From positions 513 through 64,512 of the forward strand of contig JAQVXI010000007.1 of the NCBI GenBank assembly GCA_028709215.1: a stretch of DNA of 64,000 nucleotides. The letters are read 5' to 3'. A model generated the notes under the pieces. That model was not told the origin of the DNA and searched no databases. It worked only from the letters and a program-made list of their open reading frames with translations. This DNA is from Bacteroidales bacterium (GTDB lineage: Bacteria; Bacteroidota; Bacteroidia; Bacteroidales; UBA1402). A program made the position numbers and the translations under genes. Numbering within the stretch: position 1 is the first letter of the stretch; every line of letters starts with the position of its first letter. Positions 29,046-38,838 of this stretch are shown in pieces.

Positions 29046-30590
29046 ATGAAGTTATCGACCGCTCGGAAGATGCTTGGGATCCTGTCGTTTGCGGCCATTA
29101 CGCTTACGTTTCTGGACTTTGCCGGTATTTTTCCGCAATCCTTTTTTCTGATAACCAAAATCCAGCTGGTGCCGGCCCTTCTTTCCGGAGCATTCTTGAC
29201 CGTAGGCGTATTGCTGCTGTTAACCTGGATTTTTGGACGCATCTATTGCTCCGTGATTTGTCCGCTTGGCGTCTATCAGGATCTGGTCGCCTGGATCTAC
29301 AAACGTTTTAAGCCCAAGCGTAAATTTCGCTTTAGCCCGCCCAAAACCAGCCTACGCCTGGCTTTCCTCGCACTGGTCGTTGTGGGCTATTTTGCCGGTT
29401 TCACCCTCCTGCTCAACCTGTTTGAACCCTATAGTGTATACGGACGCATGACGACCCACGTGGCTCGACCATTGTATATGGCCGGCAACAACCTATTGGC
29501 AGAGATCGCTCACTACTTCGGCTCGTACACCTTCTACAACGTGCACGTGTTCACACTAAGCCTTTTTGCGTTGGCCGTATCCATCCTGAGTCTGGCTGCC
29601 GTTAGTTTACTGGCAACCATCGGAGGAAGAAGCTGGTGCAATACGGTTTGTCCGGTCGGAACGGTATTGGGTTGGATATCAAAATACTCCCTGTTTCAGA
29701 TTCGCTTTCAAGCCGATCATTGCACACACTGCAATCGTTGCGCCCGTGACTGCAAAGCCTCTTGCATTGACAGCAAAACCATGCAGGTGGACACCAATCG
29801 TTGTGTCATGTGTTTTAACTGCCTGGATGCCTGTCAAGAACAGGCCTTAGTGTATAAGATACAACGACCGGAACGCAACGCAAAAAAACAAACGGCCAAA
29901 AACGGTGCGGAGTCCACAAAGGGAATGAACCGAAGGGATTTTCTCAAAACAACCGGAGGGGTAGCAGGCATGATTGGTGTAAGTGCTTTGGCTTCAGCCG
30001 CCCCCAAACAAACGAAAACACCCATTTACGTGAAGCAGCACCCCATCAGTCCTCCGAGCGCAGGAAGCACAGCCGCCTTGCTGGATGCATGTACCGCCTG
30101 TCAGCTCTGCATCACCGAATGTCCCAGCAACGTACTCAAGCCCGCCTTTATGGAATACGGAATGGGAGGCATGATGCAGCCACGAATGGATTTCAATAAG
30201 GGCTATTGCAATTACGACTGCACACGTTGCACCGAAGTCTGTCCAACAGGAGCGTTGAAGCCCCTTACGACAGAACAAAAACACCGCACCCAAATGGGAC
30301 ACGTTGTTTTTATCAAGACCAGCTGTGTGGTATATACCGACGAGACCAGTTGTGGAGCCTGCTCGGAACATTGTCCTACGCAAGCCGTTAAGATGGTTCC
30401 TTACAAAAACGGATTGACCATACCCGAAGTAGAACCGGACATTTGTGTGGGTTGTGGGGGTTGTGAATACATCTGCCCCGTTCGCCCGCTCACCGCGATC
30501 TATGTCGAAGGGAATCCGGTACACCTGGAAGCACAAGCGTTTGAAACAGCAAAAAAAGAACACGTTGAACTGAATGATTTTGGCTTTTAA
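29046..30590 (+). CDS. Membrane-anchored polyferredoxin: NapH-like N-terminal module fused to a NapG-like Fe-S module through an internal twin-arginine/TM segment
   Basis: 514 aa. Several N-terminal TM helices carry two CX3CP motifs (CSVICPLG, CNTVCPVG). Six Fe-S cluster motifs (CTHCNRCARDC, CVMCFNCLDAC, CTACQLCITECP, CNYDCTRCTEVCP, CGACSEHCP, CVGCGGCEYICP). Internal MNRRDFLKTTGGVAGMIGVSALASA. Confidence 0.8.
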   Translation: MKLSTARKMLGILSFAAITLTFLDFAGIFPQSFFLITKIQLVPALLSGAFLTVGVLLLLTWIFGRIYCSVICPLGVYQDLVAWIYKRFKPKRKFRFSPPKTSLRLAFLALVVVGYFAGFTLLLNLFEPYSVYGRMTTHVARPLYMAGNNLLAEIAHYFGSYTFYNVHVFTLSLFALAVSILSLAAVSLLATIGGRSWCNTVCPVGTVLGWISKYSLFQIRFQADHCTHCNRCARDCKASCIDSKTMQVDTNRCVMCFNCLDACQEQALVYKIQRPERNAKKQTAKNGAESTKGMNRRDFLKTTGGVAGMIGVSALASAAPKQTKTPIYVKQHPISPPSAGSTAALLDACTACQLCITECPSNVLKPAFMEYGMGGMMQPRMDFNKGYCNYDCTRCTEVCPTGALKPLTTEQKHRTQMGHVVFIKTSCVVYTDETSCGACSEHCPTQAVKMVPYKNGLTIPEVEPDICVGCGGCEYICPVRPLTAIYVEGNPVHLEAQAFETAKKEHVELNDFGF

Positions 30591-30593
30591 CAC

Positions 30594-32423
30594 ATGAAAA
30601 GAAAAATACATAGTATCTTCTTGTTTTTCCTGGGTTCTTCCCTTTTACAGGCCTCGGAGACGTTGCCTGTTCACATAACATTGGATAGTATTCTGGTCAA
30701 TGAAGTCTATGCCAACCAAAACAAGACTTCTCAAACAGCCAGTAAAACAATTATTGACGCAAAACAGCTGGAACAGAGCGGATCGCACAGCGTCTTGTCA
30801 GCTCTTAAGGGCGCCGTACCGGGCATGAACATCACGGAACGAAATACAATGGGGTACGGCATTTATACAGGCGCTGCCGGAGGCATCTCCCTGCGTGGAA
30901 TGGGCGGAAGTCCGATGACACAAGTACAAATAGCCGTCGACGGCGTACCGCAGATGATGGGCATTCACGGGCATCACATCCCGGATGAATACGGCACAGA
31001 GGGTCTTGAACGAATCGAAGTACAACGAGGGCCTGCCTCCCTACAATATGGTTCCAATGCAATGGGAGGGGTCATCAACCTGGTAACACGTGATCGACGC
31101 ACAGAGGGCTTTGGCGGGCGCATTCAGGCAGAAGCCGGCTCCTACAATACCCACCGGATCAACGGTCGAATGGAAGCCAGACACAAGGATCTTAGCGGAT
31201 GGATTGCAGGAAGCAGGGGTCAAACCGACGGACATCGACCACACGCCGACTTTGACCAATGGTCCGGAAGTGGCAAGCTCGCATATAAAATATCACCACA
31301 TTGGAATGTTGCAGCCCATGCCCAATGGACCGACTTTCGTTCGCTGGATCCGGGAAGCCTTCAGCAACCGGCTCAAAACGACTCCTTGCTGGCAGAAGTC
31401 ATGCGCTATTCCACACAATTGCAGGTAAACAACCACTACGACAACAGCCAAGGACTTCTTCGCATCTTTTACAACGGTGGCAACCATGTATTGTATGATG
31501 GTTGGAACTCCGATGATTACAACATAGGCCTACTGGCTCAACAATCGTTCACACTTCACACCAACAACCGAATCCATCTGGGAGTTGAACAACGTTCGTA
31601 TGGAGGAAAAGCGTTTCGTACAAACAATGCAGCCTTTCATCTGGATCAATGGATGCATCAAACCGGAGTTTTCACACAAATCCAACAACATTTGTTTAAC
31701 CGAAGACTCTTGCTGGAAGGCGGTATACGTTGGGACAACAACACTTCGTACGGATCAGAGTGGATACCGCAAATTGGGGCCGGCTGGCAGTTTTCCCCCG
31801 CATGGAAACTCGTCGCCTCACATTCCAAAGGATACCGAAATCCAACGCTGCGTGAATTATTTGTCGTAATGCCCAATGCTGAATTGCTACCCGAACGACT
31901 CGTTCAGACGGAAGCAAGTCTCGTGCATCACGCATCCAACAACCGCTTATTTACCGAATTGACGGCTTATCATGTTCAAGGGGATAACCAAATCATACCC
32001 ATTAACACCAATGGAGTCATGCGGTATCAGAATACCGGAACCATAGACAATATGGGGATGGACATTCATATGCGCTATACATTTGGTATTCCCTTAAGCA
32101 TTACCGGGAATTATACGTATTTGCATCAGGATAAACGCACAGCTGGTACGGCAACACACCAATGGAGCATTCAAGCAAACCAGACCTATAAACAGCACAA
32201 CTTCAATGTTCAATGGATGCATTTGATGGATTACTGTTCGGCTCAGAACACAACCGACTTCTCCAATCTATTTTTGCTGGACGCCCGCTACCGATGCCAA
32301 ATCAATACGGATTTAGCCTTCAGCCTGAGCGGCAACAACCTATTAAACAAACCCATAGAATGGGTTAAAGGATATCCCACGCCCGGCATTTCTGTGCTGG
32401 CCGGCATCGAACTTCGCTTCTAA
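30594..32423 (+). CDS. TonB-dependent outer-membrane receptor (small, non-SusC type)
   Basis: 609 aa. Signal peptide, plug domain (ERIEVQRGPASLQYGSNAMGGVINLVT), beta-barrel, C-terminal ...GIELRF. Confidence 0.85.
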   Translation: MKRKIHSIFLFFLGSSLLQASETLPVHITLDSILVNEVYANQNKTSQTASKTIIDAKQLEQSGSHSVLSALKGAVPGMNITERNTMGYGIYTGAAGGISLRGMGGSPMTQVQIAVDGVPQMMGIHGHHIPDEYGTEGLERIEVQRGPASLQYGSNAMGGVINLVTRDRRTEGFGGRIQAEAGSYNTHRINGRMEARHKDLSGWIAGSRGQTDGHRPHADFDQWSGSGKLAYKISPHWNVAAHAQWTDFRSLDPGSLQQPAQNDSLLAEVMRYSTQLQVNNHYDNSQGLLRIFYNGGNHVLYDGWNSDDYNIGLLAQQSFTLHTNNRIHLGVEQRSYGGKAFRTNNAAFHLDQWMHQTGVFTQIQQHLFNRRLLLEGGIRWDNNTSYGSEWIPQIGAGWQFSPAWKLVASHSKGYRNPTLRELFVVMPNAELLPERLVQTEASLVHHASNNRLFTELTAYHVQGDNQIIPINTNGVMRYQNTGTIDNMGMDIHMRYTFGIPLSITGNYTYLHQDKRTAGTATHQWSIQANQTYKQHNFNVQWMHLMDYCSAQNTTDFSNLFLLDARYRCQINTDLAFSLSGNNLLNKPIEWVKGYPTPGISVLAGIELRF

Positions 32424-32433
32424 ACACAAACGC

Positions 32434-35049
32434 GTGCAACTTCAATTCAACATACATTACAATCCAAACAACGGACAACGTTTGGCCATCCGAGGCATTC
32501 GGAGCCAACCCCTAGCCATGGATTACAAGGGCGACGGTTATTGGCAACTCAATTTGGAAATTCAAACATGCGGCACACTGGACTATACGTACATTGTACA
32601 AGAAGAAAACCGAATGGTTCGAGAAGAATGGGGCAAGCCGCATCGGGTCTATATTCCAACCCAAGATACCATTCGCTGCCTTTTCAACGACCACTGGCAG
32701 GAAGCCCCCCCTACTCCCTGGTTTTATTCACAGGTGTTTCAAAACAGCTTGTTTCGTCAAGACTATACAGCCGAAGACCTTCAGCCAAAAGCAGGAAATC
32801 TACTTTGTTCCGTTTTTGTACCAAGAGTAGAAGCACATCAATACGTAGGAATTGTCGGATCCGGAAAGGCCTTGGGTAATTGGACGACCCCCATTCCCAT
32901 GCATGCTGGGGTATATCCCGAATGGACTGTATGCTTGGACAGCCGTCAAATCGGACAAAACCCGGAATTTCAATACGTTATTTGTGATCGAAGCAGTCAC
33001 CGGATTCTCTCTTGGGAATGGGGACGCCCCCATCAGCTTTGGATTGCTCAGCCCGCCGAAATCCATGTACAATACTATTCAGGACTGTACTTCCGAAGCC
33101 AGCAACCGCCCTGGAGAGCTTGTGGCACGGCCATTCCTGTTTTCTCACTCCGATCCAAACGGTCTTGGGGTTGTGGTGACTTTGGAGATTTAAAAACGAT
33201 GATTCAATGGACCGCAGCAACGGGTCAGAAAATGCTTCAACTGCTTCCGATCAACGACAGCAATCTTACTGGAACCTGGTTGGATTCGTATCCCTATCAA
33301 TGCACCTCCATCTACGCACTCAACCCCCTGTATTTGGATATGCATCAATTACCCTGCCTTCAGGACACAAAGCAAAGCCACTTGCTTGAACAACAAGGAT
33401 ATGCACTCAATCAAAAAGAAAGCATGGATTACGAAGCGGTAATCCATCTAAAAATGCAGGCTGCTCGAATGCTTTTTGACCAGGAAAAAAACTATATTCA
33501 AACGGATAAAGACTACCAACGTTTTTTGGATCGCCATCGGGTTTGGTTGAAACCCTATGCCGTGTTCAAACATCTTCAGGTTCAATTCAACAGCTACAAC
33601 ACAAACGACTGGCAAGAATTCAGTACGTACGACGAGTCCATCGTTGCGTCGATCCGGCATCCGGACATTGAGTTCCACTATGCCATTCAATTCTGGCTGC
33701 ACAAGCAACTTGAGTCTGCGCATCAATATGCACAACAGATGGGCATCGCCCTAAAAGGAGATATACCCATTGGTATACACCCCAACAGTGTGGAAGCATG
33801 GACACAACCGCAACTCTTTCGTACTGACTGCCACATCGGCGCCCCTCCGGATGTATTCTCACAATCCGGTCAAAATTGGGGATTTCCTGCATACAATTGG
33901 GAAGCGATGCAGGCTGACGCCTACGAATGGTGGCGCAAACGTTTTCAACATCTTTCTACCTATGTCGATGCGTATCGAATCGATCACATCCTTGGTTTCT
34001 TCCGTATATGGGAGAATCCTTCGACAGCGGTAGAGGGACTGTTGGGTCAATTTCAACCCGCACTGCCTTATGATGCAAGCGATCTTAAAGCCTACGGCTT
34101 TGATTTAGATCCTTCCCATACACTTGCTCAATTTCGTGATGCGGCCTTGGATGCGTTATTGGGAGTACATCGATCGGAAATACAAACGAGCTACTTAAAA
34201 CAAAAAGAAACGGGGGTGTGGCAACTCAAAACGGCCTATCGCGACCAACGTGCCATTCAACAACACGTGCAAGACCCAACGCATCGATCGCTACTATTCT
34301 CGCTGTGCGGAGAAGTGCTCTTCGTTTTAGACCACCGCAACCCAAATCGACTCCATCCACGTATCCTCGCATCCAATACGCAACGATACAAAGAATTGTC
34401 TCACGAAAACCGACAGGCGTTTGATCGGCTCTATGAGGATTTTTTCTTTCATCGACACACGGACTTCTGGAAAGCAAAAGCGCTTGAAAAAATTCCCGCA
34501 CTCATTCACTCTACGGATATGTTGGCCTGCGGAGAAGATTTGGGTATGATACCGGCTTGTGTGCCGGATGTGCTGAAGCAACTGAACATCTTAAGTTTGG
34601 AAATACAACGCATGCCGAAAAAACCGGGACAACGTTTTGCCGTACTCCAAGAGCTGCCCTACCTGGCCGTATGCTGCAGCTCTTCACACGACCTCAGCCC
34701 CTTGCGTTCTTGGTGGGAAGAAGATCCGGCACAAACACAACGCTATTTCGAAGAAGTGCTTTGGCAGCAAGGCAAGGCACCAGAAACACTTAGTCCGGAG
34801 TGGGCTGAACAAATTTTGGCACAGCACTTATCGGCACCCTGTATGTGGGTCATCAACCCTTTACAGGACTGGATGGCCATTGATGGGAAGTTACGCAAAC
34901 AAGATCCGCATTCCGAACGCATCAACCAGCCGGCCAACCCAAAACATTATTGGCAGTATCGTATGCACCTTACGTTGGAAGAACTGATCGAAAACAACGA
35001 TTTCACAGAACACGTCCGGAGGTTGATTACACACTCCGGACGCAACTAA
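32434..35049 (+). CDS. malQ: 4-alpha-glucanotransferase (GH77 amylomaltase) with N-terminal CBM20-like domains
   Basis: 871 aa with an apparent GTG start 10 nt after the receptor stop. GH77 motifs DAYRIDHILGFFRIW, ACGEDLGMIP and SSSHD. No signal peptide. Confidence 0.85.
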   Translation: MQLQFNIHYNPNNGQRLAIRGIRSQPLAMDYKGDGYWQLNLEIQTCGTLDYTYIVQEENRMVREEWGKPHRVYIPTQDTIRCLFNDHWQEAPPTPWFYSQVFQNSLFRQDYTAEDLQPKAGNLLCSVFVPRVEAHQYVGIVGSGKALGNWTTPIPMHAGVYPEWTVCLDSRQIGQNPEFQYVICDRSSHRILSWEWGRPHQLWIAQPAEIHVQYYSGLYFRSQQPPWRACGTAIPVFSLRSKRSWGCGDFGDLKTMIQWTAATGQKMLQLLPINDSNLTGTWLDSYPYQCTSIYALNPLYLDMHQLPCLQDTKQSHLLEQQGYALNQKESMDYEAVIHLKMQAARMLFDQEKNYIQTDKDYQRFLDRHRVWLKPYAVFKHLQVQFNSYNTNDWQEFSTYDESIVASIRHPDIEFHYAIQFWLHKQLESAHQYAQQMGIALKGDIPIGIHPNSVEAWTQPQLFRTDCHIGAPPDVFSQSGQNWGFPAYNWEAMQADAYEWWRKRFQHLSTYVDAYRIDHILGFFRIWENPSTAVEGLLGQFQPALPYDASDLKAYGFDLDPSHTLAQFRDAALDALLGVHRSEIQTSYLKQKETGVWQLKTAYRDQRAIQQHVQDPTHRSLLFSLCGEVLFVLDHRNPNRLHPRILASNTQRYKELSHENRQAFDRLYEDFFFHRHTDFWKAKALEKIPALIHSTDMLACGEDLGMIPACVPDVLKQLNILSLEIQRMPKKPGQRFAVLQELPYLAVCCSSSHDLSPLRSWWEEDPAQTQRYFEEVLWQQGKAPETLSPEWAEQILAQHLSAPCMWVINPLQDWMAIDGKLRKQDPHSERINQPANPKHYWQYRMHLTLEELIENNDFTEHVRRLITHSGRN

Positions 35050-35050
35050 A

Positions 35051-38000
35051 TCACAAAATCAACTGTCTTAAAGGCTCATACACCCGACCTTTGCGTTTAA
35101 AATAATCGGTTGCCTGATCGTTGGTTATGTGGTAAATGTTGTAATATCGAGCATGCGGACTGGCCATAATGAAACCGCTCACGGAGGAAGCCGGCCACAT
35201 CATGAAGTTTTCAGTCAAACGAGTACCAATGCGCTCCTCGGATTCCAACAAACGGAACAGTCGTTCCTTTTCGCTGTGATCCGGACAGGACGGATAACCG
35301 ATGGCCGGACGTATGCCCCGATAGCGACAGGCAATCAAATCGGCCGGACTGCTTTTTTCTTCGGGGGCATACCCCCAATAGGTTGTTCGGGTTTTATAAT
35401 GCAGCAATTCGGCAAAGGCTTCGACCAGTCGATCACAGAGTGTCTCAATCAAAAGAGCGCGGTAATCGTCTCCTTGTTCTCTTGCCTCTCTGGATAGATT
35501 TGATGGCACCTGACGCACGGATGCCACAAATCCGCCGACGTAATCCGCCAAACCGGATGCTTTGGGAGCCACAAAATCTGCCAAGCTGCAATTTTCTGTT
35601 CCATCCGCATGTCTGCGTTGATCACGCAAATGATAGAAGGGTATGATTTCTCCATTTTTCTCCAAAAAGAAATCATCTCCCTCCGAATAGGCAGGAAAAA
35701 AACCCAGAACCGCCTGTGCCTTCAGTTGTTGTTTTTCGATCAACTCGGACAAAACGGCTTGTGCATCCGCATACAGTATGCGGGCCTCCTTCCCTTTTTC
35801 AGGATGATCGAAGATGGCGGGAAAGACACCCCGCATATCCCAGGCATAAAAGAAAAAGGTCCAATCAATGTAGGGGACGATCTCTTTAACAGGAAAATCG
35901 GTCCAATCCATCAAGCCCAGCTGAGCAGGCTTATCAATTTGCTCTGTAGCCCAGTCCACTTGATACGCGCGTTTACGCGCCTCTGCGATGGGCAAATAAT
36001 CCCCGCGGGAACGCGTCTTCTCATGGGCCTGGCGCAGTTCGTCGTAACGAAGTTTCGTCTGTCCGGCAAATGCTTCTCGCTGGGTTTTATCCGTGACTTG
36101 CTTGAGTACCGGAGCCGCTCTGGAGGCGTCTTTTACATGATAGACAAGACCCGGAAACTCCGGTTCCAGCCGAATGGCTGTATGCAACTCACTGGTTGTA
36201 GCACCTCCAATTAAAACAGGAAGTTCCCACTGTTCTGCTTTCATCGATTGACAAACATACTTCATTTCGTCCAGCGAAGGGGTGATCAAACCACTCAAAC
36301 CGATGGCATCTACCTGATGTGCTTTTGCCTCCGCCAAAATTTTATCACAGGGGACCATCACACCCAAATCGACGATCTCAAAGCCATTGCAGGACAAAAC
36401 CACGCTGACGATATTCTTTCCGATGTCGTGCACATCGCCTTTGACTGTTGCCAATAAGATCTTGATGGGTTTACTGGTTTGTTTGGTCTTTTGGGCGGCA
36501 ATCACCGGTTCCAATATGGCAACCGCCGCTTTCATGACGCGCGCGCTTTTGACGACTTGTGGTAAAAACATTTTTCCGCTTCCAAACAAGTCACCAACGA
36601 CATTCATTCCACGCATCAGTGGTTTTTCGATGATGTCGATGGCAACCGGATAGACCGTAAGGCTTTCGGCAAGATCTTCTTCGAGATACTCCGATGTACC
36701 ACGAACCAACGCATACTCCAGACGCGCTTCAAGGGGCAGATTTCTCCAAGCAGTATCGGTATGGTTCACGTTCGATTGTGCACCCGATTGGCTTGATTTC
36801 ACCCGAGCCGCATAGGCCAACATTTCTTCCGTTGCCTCCGGTCGACGATTGAGTACGACGTCCTCAGACAAACGCAACAACTCAGGGTCCAGTTGATCCA
36901 TGGGTATCAACTGACCTGCGTTCACAATGCCCATATCCAATCCCGCTTGAATGGCATGAAACAAAAAGACGGCATGCAACGCTTCGCGCACGGGGTTGTT
37001 TCCTCTAAAAGAAAAGGATAGATTGCTGATTCCACCGCTTATTTTGGCATGGGGAAGATGCTCCTTTATCCACTGACAAGCTTGTATAAAATCCACGCCA
37101 TAACCATTGTGCTCAGCCATCCCCGTAGCAATGGCCAGAACATTCGGGTCAAAGATGATGTCTTGCGGTGGAAAACCGTGTTGAACGAGCAAATCATACG
37201 ATCGCTGGGCCACCTCTATTTTGCGCTCGAAGCTGTCTGCCTGTCCCGCCTCATCAAAAAGCATCACGACAACAGCTGCTCCATAACGATGCACCTTGGC
37301 CGCCTTTTCCAGAAAAGCGTCAGTGCCTTCCTTCAAACTGATTGAATTGACCACCGATTTCCCTTGAACGCATTTCAGGCCGGCCTCAAGCACTTCCCAT
37401 TTGGAGGAATCAATCACGATGGGCACTTTACAGATATCCGGCTCAGAAGCCAGAAGGTTTAAGAACTGAACCATCGCATATTTGGCATCTAACATGGCAT
37501 CATCCATACAGACATCAATCATTTGCGCGCCATTTTCCACTTGCTCTCTGGCTACAACCAAGGCCTCATCGTATTTTTCTTCCTTCATTAAACGTGCAAA
37601 ACGCTTGGATCCGGACACATTGGTTCGTTCGCCAATGTTGATGAAGTTGCGTGTCGAGTCAATGGACAAAGGCTCCAAGCCACTCAGCACCGTCTTCGGT
37701 TCCACGCTGGGTACAACCCGAGGGGGATAGCCGGAAGCCACTTCAGCAATGGCCTTAATGTGCTCCGGCGTGGTGCCACAACAACCCCCTACGATGTTGA
37801 TCCAACCCTTTTTTAAATACGTCTCCAACGTTGAAGCCATGGTTTCAGCAGACTCGTCGTATGCACCAAACTGATTGGGCAAACCGGCATTGGGATGCAA
37901 ACTCACATGAAAAGGGGCATTCGCTGCCATTTCTTCCAAATAGGGCTTCATCTGGGTTGCGCCAAACCCACAATTCATTCCGCAACTCAATAGATTGACA

Positions 38001-38701
38001 TGCGAAACAGAGGCCAAAAACGCCATCAATGTCTGGCCGGAAAGCGTTCGGCCGCTGGTGTCTGCCACGGTAACAGAAACCATTACCGGAAGTTCTATGC
38101 CCGATTCTTCCTTCTCACATTCGATGGCAAAAAGAGCCGCTTTGGCATTTAATGTATCAAAAACCGTCTCCACCAATAAAATATCGACCCCACCGTCACG
38201 AAGTCCGCGTATTTGTTCGCGATAGGCCGATACCAGTTCGTCGTATGTAACCGAACGGGCAGCCGGATTCTCCACTTCAGCAGACATGGAGGCCGTCTTA
38301 TTGGTTGGCCCCATGGATCCTGCTACAAATCGCGGTTTTTCTGGGTTCTTTTTTGTATACTCGTTTGCTGCTTTTTTTGCCAGTTGAGCAGCAGTCACAT
38401 TGATCTCATATGCCAAACCGGACATATTGTAATCGGCCAAGGATATGGCATTGGCATTGAATGTATTGGTCTCTATAATGTCTGCACCGGCCTCCAGATA
38501 GGCTTGATGGATTTCGGTAATCACATCCGGTCGGGTAAGACACAATAAGTCGTTGTTGCCCTTGACGTTATTGGATACAGAAGCAAAGCGTTGACCGCGA
38601 AAATCGTGCTCCCCCAGCTCATAACGTTGTATCATTGTTCCCGTAGCCCCATCCAATATCAGAATGCGGTTTTGTAGTATTTCTTTTAGTTGCTGCTCCA
38701 T
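35051..38701 (-). CDS. metH: Cobalamin-dependent methionine synthase
   Basis: About 1216 aa from MEQQLKEIL. Homocysteine-binding ([22 protein letters not shown]) and pterin-binding domains. B12-binding DxHxxG motif ([11 protein letters not shown]). AdoMet activation domain. Confidence 0.95.
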   Translation of the reverse strand: MEQQLKEILQNRILILDGATGTMIQRYELGEHDFRGQRFASVSNNVKGNNDLLCLTRPDVITEIHQAYLEAGADIIETNTFNANAISLADYNMSGLAYEINVTAAQLAKKAANEYTKKNPEKPRFVAGSMGPTNKTASMSAEVENPAARSVTYDELVSAYREQIRGLRDGGVDILLVETVFDTLNAKAALFAIECEKEESGIELPVMVSVTVADTSGRTLSGQTLMAFLASVSHVNLLSCGMNCGFGATQMKPYLEEMAANAPFHVSLHPNAGLPNQFGAYDESAETMASTLETYLKKGWINIVGGCCGTTPEHIKAIAEVASGYPPRVVPSVEPKTVLSGLEPLSIDSTRNFINIGERTNVSGSKRFARLMKEEKYDEALVVAREQVENGAQMIDVCMDDAMLDAKYAMVQFLNLLASEPDICKVPIVIDSSKWEVLEAGLKCVQGKSVVNSISLKEGTDAFLEKAAKVHRYGAAVVVMLFDEAGQADSFERKIEVAQRSYDLLVQHGFPPQDIIFDPNVLAIATGMAEHNGYGVDFIQACQWIKEHLPHAKISGGISNLSFSFRGNNPVREALHAVFLFHAIQAGLDMGIVNAGQLIPMDQLDPELLRLSEDVVLNRRPEATEEMLAYAARVKSSQSGAQSNVNHTDTAWRNLPLEARLEYALVRGTSEYLEEDLAESLTVYPVAIDIIEKPLMRGMNVVGDLFGSGKMFLPQVVKSARVMKAAVAILEPVIAAQKTKQTSKPIKILLATVKGDVHDIGKNIVSVVLSCNGFEIVDLGVMVPCDKILAEAKAHQVDAIGLSGLITPSLDEMKYVCQSMKAEQWELPVLIGGATTSELHTAIRLEPEFPGLVYHVKDASRAAPVLKQVTDKTQREAFAGQTKLRYDELRQAHEKTRSRGDYLPIAEARKRAYQVDWATEQIDKPAQLGLMDWTDFPVKEIVPYIDWTFFFYAWDMRGVFPAIFDHPEKGKEARILYADAQAVLSELIEKQQLKAQAVLGFFPAYSEGDDFFLEKNGEIIPFYHLRDQRRHADGTENCSLADFVAPKASGLADYVGGFVASVRQVPSNLSREAREQGDDYRALLIETLCDRLVEAFAELLHYKTRTTYWGYAPEEKSSPADLIACRYRGIRPAIGYPSCPDHSEKERLFRLLESEERIGTRLTENFMMWPASSVSGFIMASPHARYYNIYHITNDQATDYFKRKGRVYEPLRQLIL

Positions 38702-38722
38702 ACCTATAATCTTAATGAACAA

Positions 38723-38730
38723 CAAAGATA
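38723..38730 (-). promoter_or_regulatory. Bacteroidota -7 promoter box (TAtcTTTG) for metH
   Basis: Minus strand reads TATCTTTG, 22 nt upstream of the ATG at 38701. Confidence 0.45.
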
Positions 38731-38773
38731 CGACTTTTCCCTACAGGCTTGTAAGAAATTAAGCCGTCTAATT

Positions 38774-38805
38774 TTTGCCCAATCCGAACGGGTGGTTTAT
38801 CTTTG
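38774..38805 (+). promoter_or_regulatory. Bacteroidota promoter (-33 TTTG plus -7 TAtcTTTG) for kdsA-kdsD
   Basis: TTTG at 38774-38777 and TATCTTTG at 38798-38805, separated by 20 nt. The promoter lies 34 nt upstream of the ATG at 38839. Confidence 0.5.
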
Positions 38806-38838
38806 CCTTCGTTTGTACGATACGACAAAAAGTACCCC

